A DNA stretch of 64,000 nucleotides from Alphaproteobacteria bacterium (GTDB lineage Bacteria > Pseudomonadota > Alphaproteobacteria > GCA-2731375): positions 4,352,001 to 4,416,000 of the forward strand of contig CBDDPY010000002.1 in the NCBI GenBank assembly GCA_965232515.1, in the 5' to 3' direction. Made by a program: the position numbers and the translations under genes. Of the stretch, positions 31,698 through 41,539 are shown piece by piece. Within the stretch, counting starts at the first letter, position 1. Each line of letters begins with the position of its first letter. The notes beneath the pieces were generated by a model. The model saw nothing but the letters and a program-made list of their open reading frames with translations. It was not told where the DNA came from and ran no database searches.

Positions 31698-32675
31698 ATG
31701 AACGTACGCGCAATCCAATTCGACAAGACCGGCGGCCCATCGGTGCTGAAGTGGCGGGAGGTCACACTCGGCAAGCCGAAAAAGGGCGAGGCGCTGGTAC
31801 GTCACACGGCTATCGGCCTGAACTATATCGACACCTATCAGCGTTCCGGCCTCTATCCGTTGCCGCTGCCGAGCGGTCTCGGCCTGGAAGGCGCCGGCGT
31901 CGTCGAGGCGGTCGGTGCCGGGGTGACCCATGTCAAGCCGGGTGACCGCGTCGCCTATGCTGGCGGCATGCCCGGCGCCTATGCGGAGGCCCGGGTGATG
32001 GGCGCCGACAAGCTGGTCAAGATCCCGGCCAAGATCAGTGACGAACAGGCCGCGGCGATGATGCTGCAAGGCATGACGACGGAGTACCTGGTCCGCCGCA
32101 CCTATCCGGTGAAGAAGGGCGACATGGTGCTGTTCCATGCGGCTGCCGGCGGCGTCGGCCTGATCGCCGGGCAATGGTTGAAATCGATCGGGGCGGTCGC
32201 CATCGGCACCGCCGGCGGACCGGCCAAGTGCAAGCTGGCCAAGGCGCACGGCTATACGCACGTCATCGACTATACCAAGCAGGATTTCGTCAAGCGGGTG
32301 AAGACGCTGACCAAGGGTGCCGGCGTGCCGGTGGTCTATGACTCCGTCGGCAAGGACACCTGGGACGGCTCGCTCGACTGCCTGGCGCCGCGCGGCGTGA
32401 TGGTCAGCTTCGGCAACGCGTCGGGCGCGGTGCCGCCCTTCGCGCCGGGCATCCTGTCGGCGAAGGGATCGCTCTATCTGACCCGACCGACGCTGATGTC
32501 CTATACGGCGACCCGCAAGGATCTCGAAGGCTCGGCCAGGGCGCTGTTCAAGCTGGTGACCAGCGGCAAGATCAGAATAGAGATCAACCAGACCTATGCG
32601 CTGAAGGACGCCAAGAAGGCGCACCAGGACCTGGAAGGCCGCAAGACCACCGGTTCGACCATCCTCATCCCGTAA
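31698..32675 (+). CDS. qor: NADPH:quinone oxidoreductase (zeta-crystallin family)
   Basis: IGLNYID, HAAAGGVG, VYDSVGKDT, FGNASG, RKTTGS. Confidence 0.93.
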   Translation: MNVRAIQFDKTGGPSVLKWREVTLGKPKKGEALVRHTAIGLNYIDTYQRSGLYPLPLPSGLGLEGAGVVEAVGAGVTHVKPGDRVAYAGGMPGAYAEARVMGADKLVKIPAKISDEQAAAMMLQGMTTEYLVRRTYPVKKGDMVLFHAAAGGVGLIAGQWLKSIGAVAIGTAGGPAKCKLAKAHGYTHVIDYTKQDFVKRVKTLTKGAGVPVVYDSVGKDTWDGSLDCLAPRGVMVSFGNASGAVPPFAPGILSAKGSLYLTRPTLMSYTATRKDLEGSARALFKLVTSGKIRIEINQTYALKDAKKAHQDLEGRKTTGSTILIP

Positions 32676-32700
32676 ATCGGCGGCCGTCGCCGCCGTCGGG

Positions 32701-33576
32701 CTACTTCACCGGCAGACGCTCCGTCAGCAGGCTGCGCAGATCGCGCACCTCCTGGTGGAGCTCGGCCAGTTGCCGCTGCATGGCTTCGGCATCCGCGTGC
32801 GCCGCCTCCTCGATGGCGGCGCTCGCCTCTTTCAGCTCGGCCTCGTGCTCTGATTGCATGGCGCTGACGACGACGGCAATGAACAGGTTCAGCATGGTGA
32901 ACGTGGCGACCAGGATGAACGGCACGAAGAAGGCCCAGGCATAGGGGTAGACCTCCATCACCGGCCGCACGATGCCCATGGACCAGCTTTCGAGCGTCAT
33001 GATCTGGAACAGCGAATAGACGCTCGCCGGCACGCTGCCGAACCATTCGGGAAAGCCAGCGCCGAACAGCTTGGTCGCCATCACGCCGGCGACATAGAAG
33101 ATCAGCAGCAGAAGCGCGGCGATCGAGCCCAGGCCCGGCACGGCGGCCAGCAGCGCCTGAACCACGATCCGCATGCTGGGCACCACGGAGATCAAGCGCA
33201 ACACACGCAGGATGCGGAGCGCCCGCAGCACCGAGAAGCCTTCGGTGGCCGGCACCACGGCCACGCCGACAACCAGGAAATCGAACACGCTCCAGGGATC
33301 GCGGAAGAAGCGCCAGCCGTGCGCCGCCATGCGCATGCCGACTTCGATGACGAAGACGATCAGGATCAGACGGTCGATCGCGATCAGCACCGGCCCGGCG
33401 ACAGCCATCGCGGTCGGCGAGGTCTCAAGCCCCAGCGTCACCGCGTTGATGGCGATCAGCGTGATGATAAGGCGCTGAAACCAGGCTTTCGCAACAAAGT
33501 CGCCCAGCCGGACCCGCCATGCGGCGCGTCCGCCAGCTTCCTTCGCAGTCACGCTATCCGACCCCGGCGGCGCCAC
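32701..33576 (-). CDS. Bacterial voltage-gated sodium channel (BacNav family)
   Basis: S4 LRALRILRVLRL, selectivity filter TLESWSM, S6 NLFIAVVV, C-terminal coiled coil. Confidence 0.92.
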   Translation of the reverse strand: MAPPGSDSVTAKEAGGRAAWRVRLGDFVAKAWFQRLIITLIAINAVTLGLETSPTAMAVAGPVLIAIDRLILIVFVIEVGMRMAAHGWRFFRDPWSVFDFLVVGVAVVPATEGFSVLRALRILRVLRLISVVPSMRIVVQALLAAVPGLGSIAALLLLIFYVAGVMATKLFGAGFPEWFGSVPASVYSLFQIMTLESWSMGIVRPVMEVYPYAWAFFVPFILVATFTMLNLFIAVVVSAMQSEHEAELKEASAAIEEAAHADAEAMQRQLAELHQEVRDLRSLLTERLPVK

Positions 33577-33587
33577 GCGTCGTTAGA

Positions 33588-34844
33588 TCAGGTGTTCATG
33601 GAGTCGAAGAACTCGTCGTTGCTCTTCGTACCCTTCAGCTTGCCGAGCAAGAACTCCATGGCGTCGACCGTGCCCATGGGATTGAGGATGCGGCGCAGCA
33701 CCCACATCTTCGCAAGCGCGCCCTTGTCGACCAGCAGTTCTTCCTTGCGGGTGCCGGACTTGGTGATGTCCATGGCCGGGAACACGCGCTTGTCGGACAG
33801 CTTGCGGTCCAGCACGATCTCGGAATTGCCGGTGCCCTTGAACTCCTCGAAGATCACTTCGTCCATGCGGCTGCCGGTATCGATGAGCGCCGTCGCGATG
33901 ATCGTCAGCGAGCCGCCTTCCTCGATGTTCCGGGCGGCGCCGAAGAAGCGCTTCGGACGCTGCAGGGCGTTGGCGTCCACACCGCCTGTCAGCACCTTGC
34001 CCGAGGACGGAACGACGGTGTTGTAGGCCCGCGCCAGGCGCGTGATCGAATCCAGCAGGATCACCACGTCGCGCTTGTGCTCGACCAGCCGCTTCGCCTT
34101 TTCGATCACCATCTCGGCGACCGACACGTGCCGCGTCGCCGGTTCGTCGAAAGTCGAGCTGATCACCTCGCCCTTCACCGACCGCTGCATGTCGGTCACT
34201 TCCTCGGGCCGCTCGTCGATCAGCAGCACGATCAGATAGACCTCGGGGTGGTTGGCAGTGATCGAATGCGCGATCGACTGCAGCAGCATGGTCTTACCGG
34301 TGCGCGGCGGCGAGACGATCAGGCTGCGCTGGCCCTTGCCCTGCGGCGCGGTCAGGTCGATGACCCGGACCGACTTGTCCTCGAGGCTCGGGTCCTCGCG
34401 CTCGAGCTGAATGCGTTCTTCCGGATAGAGCGGCGTCAGGTTGTCGAAATGCACCTTGTGCCGCGCCTGCTCCGGCGTCTCGAAGTTGATGCTGTTGACC
34501 TTCAGAAGGGCGAAGTAACGCTCACCGTCCTTCGGCGCGCGGATCTGGCCCTCGACAGTGTCGCCCGTGCGCAGACCGAAGCGGCGGATCTGGCTGGGAC
34601 TGACATAGATGTCGTCAGGGCCAGGCAGGTAGTTCGATTCCGGCGATCGCAGGAAGCCGAAGCCGTCCTGCAGCACCTCCAGAACGCCGACCCCGGTGAT
34701 GTCCTCTTCCTTGTCCGCCAACTGCTTCAGGATGGCGAACATCATGTCCTGCCGCCGCAGCGAACTGGCGTTCTCGACTTCCAGTTCCTCGGCGTAGTCC
34801 AGCAAATCGGTTGGCGATTTGCGCTTCAATTCCTGAAGGTTCAT
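33588..34844 (-). CDS. rho: Transcription termination factor Rho
   Basis: [45 protein letters not shown]. Confidence 0.99.
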   Translation of the reverse strand: MNLQELKRKSPTDLLDYAEELEVENASSLRRQDMMFAILKQLADKEEDITGVGVLEVLQDGFGFLRSPESNYLPGPDDIYVSPSQIRRFGLRTGDTVEGQIRAPKDGERYFALLKVNSINFETPEQARHKVHFDNLTPLYPEERIQLEREDPSLEDKSVRVIDLTAPQGKGQRSLIVSPPRTGKTMLLQSIAHSITANHPEVYLIVLLIDERPEEVTDMQRSVKGEVISSTFDEPATRHVSVAEMVIEKAKRLVEHKRDVVILLDSITRLARAYNTVVPSSGKVLTGGVDANALQRPKRFFGAARNIEEGGSLTIIATALIDTGSRMDEVIFEEFKGTGNSEIVLDRKLSDKRVFPAMDITKSGTRKEELLVDKGALAKMWVLRRILNPMGTVDAMEFLLGKLKGTKSNDEFFDSMNT

Positions 34845-35064
34845 TACGAGACCATCACGTACCGGTTGTATAGAAATGCATGGAAGCCTGAATCGGCTTC
34901 TCTGAAGCGAGCCAAGGGCAATTCTGCCCAGTTCCCCAGTTCGGGAATTCGTTCACGCGGATTTTCGGTGGGCCACGCCGCCTGGGCGCGCCATCCCGTC
35001 AGACCTCATCACGACTAGCACAAACCTCGGAGAAGGCAAAGCCTGTTTTTCGGTCCGCCAGGCC

Positions 35065-35511
35065 TCAGAACGGCTTGACGATGACCATGATGACGATGAC
35101 GACCATCAGGACCGCCGGCACCTCGTTCCAGATCCGATAGAACTTGGGCGAGCGGCGGTTGCGGTCGGCTTCAAAATCCTTGCGCCACAGGCCAAACATA
35201 TGGTGCAGGACAGTCATGGCCGCAATACAGACCAGCTTGACGTAGATCCAGCCGGCCGACCAGTCGACGATCCCCGGCGTCGCCAGCAGCGACAGGCCGA
35301 AAATCCAGCTCGCGATCATCGCCGGATTCATGATCGCCCGCAGGAGACGCCGCTCCATCACCTTGAAGGTTTCGCCCTGCGGCGCGCCGTCCGGCGTCTC
35401 GGCGTGATAGACGAACAGGCGCGGCAGATACAGCATCCCCGCCATCCAGGCGATGACCGATATGGCGTGCAATGCCTTGATCCACAAGTACCAGTCGGCA
35501 AGCAAATCCAT
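35065..35511 (-). CDS. hemJ: Protoporphyrinogen oxidase HemJ
   Basis: KALH, WMAGMLYLPRLFVYH, MERRL, NEVP, VKPF. Confidence 0.95.
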   Translation of the reverse strand: MDLLADWYLWIKALHAISVIAWMAGMLYLPRLFVYHAETPDGAPQGETFKVMERRLLRAIMNPAMIASWIFGLSLLATPGIVDWSAGWIYVKLVCIAAMTVLHHMFGLWRKDFEADRNRRSPKFYRIWNEVPAVLMVVIVIMVIVKPF

Positions 35512-35529
35512 ATCCCCCAACCCGAGCAG

Positions 35530-36579
35530 CTAGTCGCCGCCGTTGTGCGGACAACGTCGGAACCCGGATGGACAGATACGGCCACCGTTCTGACTGCACA
35601 AGCTGCCTTCGCTGCCGGACAGGGCGAGGTCCGCCATTTCCGCCAGACCGGCTATGAACGGCGTCGCGGTGCCGACAGCCGGCACACGGACATATTCGGG
35701 AACGCCCTTCTCATCCGCTAACTCGCGGTACTCGATGTCAAGCTCCACCAGGGTTTCCGAATGCTCCGACACGAAGGCGATGGGCACGACGATCAGCGGC
35801 GCCTTGTCCGTCCCACCGCGCGCGATTTCGTCCTCCGTCGACGGTGCGATCCATTCTAGGGGCCCGACGCGGCTCTGATAGCAGACCAGCCAGTCGAGAC
35901 CGTCGCGCTGTGCCGCTGGCAGCGCCTCGACCACGGCCTCCGACGTTTGCTCGACCTGCCATTGATAGGGATCGCCGCCCGCAATCACCTTCTTCGGCAA
36001 ACCATGGGCGGAGAACAGAACCCGAGGCCGCTGATCGCCATCAAACCGGGCAATCGCCTCGGACAGCAGATCCGCCTGCGCCTTGATCCAACCGGGCTGC
36101 GTCGGATAACAGCACACCGTGCGTGTCGCCGCGTTCAGCTCAACCCTTGCCGCGGCCCGTCGCCAATCCTTGACCGAGGACTCGACCGTCGTCGTCGAGA
36201 ATTGCGGATAGAGCGGGAGCAGCACCACCTCGTCCGGCCCCCAGGCCGCAACCTCAGCCGCGGTCCGGTCGCTCATGGGATGCCAATAGCGCATGGCGAT
36301 GAAGACCTTGACCTCGCGATCGCCGGCCAACGCCGTTTCCAGCGCCGCGGCCTGCTCCTGGGTCAGCTCGAGCAGAGGCGACTTGCCGCCGATATTGGCG
36401 TAGATCTCGCGCGCCACCGGCGCCCGACGGGTTGAAATCACCTTCGCCAGCAGCCAGCGGAACGGGTTCGGCAGGCCGATGATGGCCGGATCGTTGAACA
36501 GATTGAACAGGAAAGGTTTGACCGATTCCGGCCGGTCGGGACCGCCCAAATTGAACAACACTACGGCAAGCTTCGACAT
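35530..36579 (-). CDS. hemH: Ferrochelatase
   Basis: FNLGGP, PLYPQFS, FSAHGLP, YQSRVGP, FVSEHSETLVELD. Confidence 0.96.
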   Translation of the reverse strand: MSKLAVVLFNLGGPDRPESVKPFLFNLFNDPAIIGLPNPFRWLLAKVISTRRAPVAREIYANIGGKSPLLELTQEQAAALETALAGDREVKVFIAMRYWHPMSDRTAAEVAAWGPDEVVLLPLYPQFSTTTVESSVKDWRRAAARVELNAATRTVCCYPTQPGWIKAQADLLSEAIARFDGDQRPRVLFSAHGLPKKVIAGGDPYQWQVEQTSEAVVEALPAAQRDGLDWLVCYQSRVGPLEWIAPSTEDEIARGGTDKAPLIVVPIAFVSEHSETLVELDIEYRELADEKGVPEYVRVPAVGTATPFIAGLAEMADLALSGSEGSLCSQNGGRICPSGFRRCPHNGGD

Positions 36580-36596
36580 CGAAGATACAGACCTGC

Positions 36597-37673
36597 TTAA
36601 GCGCGCCAGCTCTGCACCAGCTCGACAAGCTCAGCCACGTGCTCGGGCGGCGTCTGCGGCACGATGCCATGGCCAAGATTGAATACGAAGGGGCCGTGGC
36701 CAAGAGTTTCGAGAATACGGTTCGCGGCCGCGCGCATCTCATCGCCGCCCGCCACCAGGATCTGAGGATCGAGATTGCCCTGCACCGTCGCCACGGGCTG
36801 CAAAACGTCCCGCGCCCATGCGAGCTCGACGGTCGAGTCGATGCTGATGCCCGAGACACCGGTCTCGACGGCATACTGGCGATAGCGGTCGCCAACGCCG
36901 CGCGGGAAGCCGATCACCGGCAGATCCGGATATTCAGCGCGCAGACCGGCGACAATGGCCGCGGCCGGCGCCAGGCAGAAACGCACGAACGCCGGTTCCG
37001 GCAAACGGCCGGCCCAGGTGTCGAAAATCTGGATCGCGTCGGCGCCGGCACGTACCTGGGCCAACAGGTATTCGATGCTGCTCTCGACCAGGAGGTCGAT
37101 CAGCCGCTGCAGCCCGTCGGGCTCTTCGGACGCCCAACGCAAGGCTCTTGCATGATCGACGCTGGTGCCACCTTCGATCATGTAGGTGGCGACCGTCCAG
37201 GGCGCGCCGGCGAAGCCTATCAGGGCCACGTCCGCCGGCAGCTCGCGCCGCAGGATCCGCACCGTCTCGTAGACCGGCGCCAGATGCTCATGCAGCCCGC
37301 CAGGCCGCAGAGCGGCGACGGCCTGCGGATCGGCGAGCGGCGTCAGGACCGGGCCCTCGCCCTCGCGCACCTCGACCGTCTGGCCCAGCGCATCGGGGAT
37401 CAGCAGGATATCGGCAAACAGGATCGAGGCATCGAAGCCGAACCGCCGGATCGGCTGTAGCGTTACCTCGGCGGCCAGTTCGGGCGTATAGCAAAGACGC
37501 ATGAAACTGCCGGCCTGGGCCCGCACCTCGCGGTACTCCGGCAAATAGCGTCCGGCCTGGCGCATAAGCCAGATCGGCGGCCGTGCGCTCACCTCGCCCT
37601 GCAAGGCTCGGATCAATAACGGCTTGGGATCTGATCCCGCTGAACCGCGGGAACTGGACGGGTCGGTCTGCAT
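36597..37673 (-). CDS. hemE: Uroporphyrinogen decarboxylase
   Basis: WLMRQAGRYLPEY, IGFAGAPWT, QGNLDP, FNLGHG. Confidence 0.97.
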   Translation of the reverse strand: MQTDPSSSRGSAGSDPKPLLIRALQGEVSARPPIWLMRQAGRYLPEYREVRAQAGSFMRLCYTPELAAEVTLQPIRRFGFDASILFADILLIPDALGQTVEVREGEGPVLTPLADPQAVAALRPGGLHEHLAPVYETVRILRRELPADVALIGFAGAPWTVATYMIEGGTSVDHARALRWASEEPDGLQRLIDLLVESSIEYLLAQVRAGADAIQIFDTWAGRLPEPAFVRFCLAPAAAIVAGLRAEYPDLPVIGFPRGVGDRYRQYAVETGVSGISIDSTVELAWARDVLQPVATVQGNLDPQILVAGGDEMRAAANRILETLGHGPFVFNLGHGIVPQTPPEHVAELVELVQSWRA

Positions 37674-38082
37674 AACGTCTTTCTACATATAAGTTGTTTT
37701 ATAGAAAAAGGTTGTTGTTGTAGGTGGATGCCTGTGAGTCCGGTGGATTAATGGACATGCACATGGGTGTCCACAGGCATTGCCGGACCTTGGGCGGCGC
37801 CATTGATTTCGTGGATGGTACCGCGAATGCCATCCGCGAATGGCCTGATGCCAGGGCCGCGTCCGGTCCGGGAAGATGTGAATCATGGGGATGGGTGATG
37901 GTCTTTGAAGATCGATCCCATCTTTTCTTTTCCCGCACCGAGAAGATCCGCAACGCGCATATCTCCCGGTGTCGGAATCGGAATGGGTGCACGAAAATCT
38001 GTTGTCTGGAGATTGGAACCGGCTTATCCCCGGCATTGAGGTTAATCACAGCGTCGCCATCCGTGGCGGCGAGACGGCGGTC
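37674..38082. other. oriC: Probable chromosomal replication origin
   Basis: hemE-DUF299 intergenic position as in Caulobacter and rhizobia; AT-rich patch 37680-37720; DnaA-box-like 9-mers at 37742-37750, 37767-37775, 37877-37885, 38024-38032, 38042-38050; GANTC at 37736, 37880, 37975; parABS about 12-17 kb away; gene orientation diverges here. Confidence 0.8.
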
Positions 38083-38895
38083 ATGACCAAATTCCACCTG
38101 CATCTGGTGTCCGACTCTACTGGCGAAACGCTCAGCGCGGTCTCGAAAGCCGCTTTGGTGCAGTTCGAGAGCGCGGATCCGGTCGAGCATCTCTGGACCA
38201 TGGTGCGCAACCACGTCCAGGTCGACCGGGTAATCGACGGCATCACGGCCAATCCAGGCCTGGTCATGCTGACGATCGTCGACCACAACGTGCGCGAGCC
38301 ATTGCAGGAGGCCTGCCGGCAGCTCCAGGTTCCTTGCGTGTCCGTGCTCGATCCCGTGATTGCCGGCCTGGCGAACTATCTCGGCGTCGACGCCGGCGAA
38401 ATGCCGGGCCGCCAACACGTAATGGACGCCGAGTATTTCGGCCGGATCGATGCCATCCACTACTGCCTGAGCCATGATGACGGGCAGGGCATGCAGAACC
38501 TGAGTCAGGCCGATGTCGTTCTGGTCGGCGTGTCGCGAACCTCGAAGACGCCGACCTGCATTTATCTCGCCAACCGGGGCATCAAGGCGGCGAACGTGCC
38601 GATCGTGCCGGGTATTCCCTTGCCTGATGAGTTGGGCGATGTCAGCGACGCGCTGGTTGTCGGCCTGACCGCAAGCCCAGAACGTCTGGTGCAGATCCGA
38701 CGCAATCGGCTGCTGTCGCTGAACCAGTCGGACGAGACGGACTATGTCGATCTGATGGCGGTGAAGGACGAGGTGGCGCAGGCGCGGCGCCTGTTCGCAC
38801 AGAAGGGTTGGCCGGCGATCGACGTGACCCGGCGGTCGATCGAGGAAACCGCCGCAGCGATCTTCAACCTCTATACCCGGCGGGCGGAGCTCTAA
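38083..38895 (+). CDS. ppsR: Pyruvate phosphate dikinase/PEP synthase regulatory kinase-phosphorylase (DUF299)
   Basis: HLVSDSTGET, HDDG, GVSRTSKTP, SIEETA. Confidence 0.95.
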   Translation: MTKFHLHLVSDSTGETLSAVSKAALVQFESADPVEHLWTMVRNHVQVDRVIDGITANPGLVMLTIVDHNVREPLQEACRQLQVPCVSVLDPVIAGLANYLGVDAGEMPGRQHVMDAEYFGRIDAIHYCLSHDDGQGMQNLSQADVVLVGVSRTSKTPTCIYLANRGIKAANVPIVPGIPLPDELGDVSDALVVGLTASPERLVQIRRNRLLSLNQSDETDYVDLMAVKDEVAQARRLFAQKGWPAIDVTRRSIEETAAAIFNLYTRRAEL

Positions 38896-38911
38896 TACCT
38901 GTTCGGAACGC

Positions 38912-39970
38912 TTATGAAGCCGCCAATGCCGCCCAACCGAATGGTATCGGCGGTGCATCGTCCTTTGGATTGGCGACGATTACTTCATCACCGATTTCCA
39001 GCCACGGCGCCTGCAGACTCTCGTCTCGGCTGGCCGCGAAGCCGGATCGTGTGGCTTCCGTGCGATTGAGGCTGGCCCGGTAGATGGCGACGGGCGCTTC
39101 GTCGCTGCCGATCAGGTATGGCGCCAAATCCGTCACGCCGATCTGTTTCGCGGCCGCGCCAAGGGCGGCGCGATGATCGGCCGAGAGGCGGACCAGCATG
39201 TATTGTTCGATGACATCGCCGTTGTCGAGCACGGTGAGCCGGCAATCCTCCTGGCTGGAGGCGAACACGGTGAATGGAAAGCCGTGCTTGGCGATCAATT
39301 GGGCCGACATCGCGGCCGCGCTGCGCCGCCCGGCGGCGTTCGGCGGAAAGCCGTAATACTCGAAGAACTTGGCTTCCAACGCCTCGACATAATCCTCGCC
39401 CCGTTCGAACAGTCGCCGCTCGATGTAACCGAGATCGCGGGCCAGATCCTTGATGGCGTTGTCGGTCAGGCGCTCGACCTTCACATGCATGTGGGTCAGT
39501 TCGAAGACCGGACCGATATCGTCCTCGATCACGCGCTCGGCAACCAGGGCGTAGTCCAGTGTCAGCAGCTTTTCCAACAGGCTGGTGACATCCGGCGAGT
39601 CGAGATGGGTCTGGCTGGATTTGAAATCCGAGATGTCCAGCTCGGGCGCCAAACGCTGGATATTGCGCCAGGTGACCCGATTGGACGAGCGCAGGCGGAA
39701 ATGCTTGTTCAGGCCCCGCGGCAGCGTGCCGTCGAGCAGCAGGACAAAGGCGGTATTCTGGTGCGGCCTTTCGGTGCTGCGCGCGCTGCTGGCCGGCAGG
39801 ATCTGGCTGGCGTCGGCGAACGGATATGACTTGCCGTCGCGGGTGAAGTTGAAAAAGCTGTCGATCAGGGTGTATCGGATCAAAAACTCGGTCAGACGCG
39901 CGCGGGCAGCCGAATAGGAGTCGCGCGGCGCGCCGACGGGAAGTTGGATGATTTCAGCCTTGTCTGACAC
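38912..39970 (-). CDS. Hypothetical protein, 352 aa, family not recognised
   Basis: Long ORF with normal protein composition filling the ppsR-maf gap; GTG start; AT-rich divergent promoter region 39971-40045. Confidence 0.8.
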   Translation of the reverse strand: MSDKAEIIQLPVGAPRDSYSAARARLTEFLIRYTLIDSFFNFTRDGKSYPFADASQILPASSARSTERPHQNTAFVLLLDGTLPRGLNKHFRLRSSNRVTWRNIQRLAPELDISDFKSSQTHLDSPDVTSLLEKLLTLDYALVAERVIEDDIGPVFELTHMHVKVERLTDNAIKDLARDLGYIERRLFERGEDYVEALEAKFFEYYGFPPNAAGRRSAAAMSAQLIAKHGFPFTVFASSQEDCRLTVLDNGDVIEQYMLVRLSADHRAALGAAAKQIGVTDLAPYLIGSDEAPVAIYRASLNRTEATRSGFAASRDESLQAPWLEIGDEVIVANPKDDAPPIPFGWAALAAS

Positions 39971-40045
39971 AGCTTGTGGTTATTCTGTCCGATCGGACCT
40001 TAACAATGTATTGTAACCGATTAATGATAAAGGCTGAATTGTACT

Positions 40046-40684
40046 ATGACTAGTGCAAAAGAGTCGCCGGACAATTCGGCGGCAGGTGTTCGTCCGTTGG
40101 TCCTGGCCTCGGCCAGTCGATATCGGGCACAGCTCTTGTCGAACGCCGGCGTCGCCGCCGAAATCTGTCCGGCCAGCATCGACGAGGCGGCGCTCAAGCA
40201 GTCGATGCAAAGCGAGGGCATGAAAGCCGCCGACATCGCCCTTGGTCTTGCCGAAATGAAAGCCTTACGCGTCTCTCGCACCCGGGCGAACGCCCTGGTG
40301 ATCGGCGCTGATCAGGTATTGGTCTGTAATGGCGTGCTGTTCAGCAAGCCGCCTGACCTGGCGCACGCCCGGGCCGGTCTGCAGGCGCTGCGGGGCAAGT
40401 TGCATGAATTGATGACAGCGGTCTGCATCGCTTTGGACAATAACGTGATCTGGCACCATACCGAACGGGCCCGCCTCAGAATGCGCGATTTCTCGGACGA
40501 CTATCTGGACCAATACCTGGCGCAAGCCGGCGATACCGTACTGTCCACCGTCGGGGCCTATGAGCTGGAGGGCCTGGGCGCGCAGTTGTTCGACCGGGTC
40601 GACGGCGACTATTTCGGCATCCTTGGTTTGCCGCTGCTGCCCTTGCTGGCGTTTCTGCGCGGACACAAGGTCGTGATGACATGA
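40046..40684 (+). CDS. maf: Maf nucleotide pyrophosphatase
   Basis: LVLASASRYR, IDE, VIGADQ, FSKP, ILGLPL. Confidence 0.93.
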   Translation: MTSAKESPDNSAAGVRPLVLASASRYRAQLLSNAGVAAEICPASIDEAALKQSMQSEGMKAADIALGLAEMKALRVSRTRANALVIGADQVLVCNGVLFSKPPDLAHARAGLQALRGKLHELMTAVCIALDNNVIWHHTERARLRMRDFSDDYLDQYLAQAGDTVLSTVGAYELEGLGAQLFDRVDGDYFGILGLPLLPLLAFLRGHKVVMT

Positions 40685-41529
40685 CGCTGAGCGGCAAGGC
40701 GCGCATCGCCGGCGTCATCGGCTGGCCGGTGGCGCATTCGCTGTCGCCGGCCCTGCATGGCTGGTGGCTGAATGACTACGGCATCGATGGCGCCTATGTG
40801 CCGTTCGCGGTGCCGCCGGAAGATCTGGAAGCGGTGTTACGCACGCTGCCGAAGCTGGGCATAGCGGGCTGCAATCTGACACTGCCGCACAAAGAGGCGG
40901 CGCTGCGGCTCGCCGATCACGTCACGGCGGAGGCCCGGCGGATCGGCGCGGTCAACACCATCGTGGTCGAGCCCGACGGCACGCTGTCGGGCAGCAACAC
41001 CGACGGCTTCGGATTCCTCGAAAACCTGCGGGCGGCCTTGCCGGATTGGCGGGCCGATGCGGGTCCGGCCGTGGTGCTGGGCGCCGGCGGCGCGGCGCGG
41101 GCGGTGGTCGTGGCGCTACTGGACGCCGGCGCGCCGGTCGTGCGGCTGCTCAACCGCACGCGCCAGCGGGCGGACGATCTGGCCGCGGCGGTGGATGGCC
41201 CTATTGAGGTCAGCGACTGGTCGGCGCGCGCCGATGTACTGGCGGATGCGGCATTGCTGGTGAACACGACTCAGTTGGGCATGGCCGGTCAGGATCCGCT
41301 GGATCTGGACCTGGCGCGGCTGCCAACAACGGCCGTTGTCAACGATATCGTCTATGTGCCCCTGATCACGCCGCTGCTGGCCGACGCGCGCACGCGCGGC
41401 AACCGCATTGTCGATGGCTTCGGGATGCTGTTGCATCAGGCGCGGCCCGGCTTCGCGGCTTGGTTCGGCGTTGAGCCGACGGTTACGGCCGAACAGCATG
41501 CGCTTGTCCTGGCGCAGCTCGGCGATTGA
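40681..41529 (+). CDS. aroE: Shikimate dehydrogenase
   Basis: HSLSP, NLTLPHK, GAVNT, NTDG, GAGGAARA. Confidence 0.96.
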   Translation: MTLSGKARIAGVIGWPVAHSLSPALHGWWLNDYGIDGAYVPFAVPPEDLEAVLRTLPKLGIAGCNLTLPHKEAALRLADHVTAEARRIGAVNTIVVEPDGTLSGSNTDGFGFLENLRAALPDWRADAGPAVVLGAGGAARAVVVALLDAGAPVVRLLNRTRQRADDLAAAVDGPIEVSDWSARADVLADAALLVNTTQLGMAGQDPLDLDLARLPTTAVVNDIVYVPLITPLLADARTRGNRIVDGFGMLLHQARPGFAAWFGVEPTVTAEQHALVLAQLGD

Positions 41530-41539
41530 GGTCGGATCG

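Noticed and set aside
34845-35064. Long rho leader as a riboswitch
   Set aside because: No recognisable aptamer; long rho leaders are expected from Rho autoregulation
39995-40030. CtrA site in the maf promoter region (also checked at oriC, 12003 and 19531)
   Set aside because: Only TTAA half-sites; no TTAA-N7-TTAA
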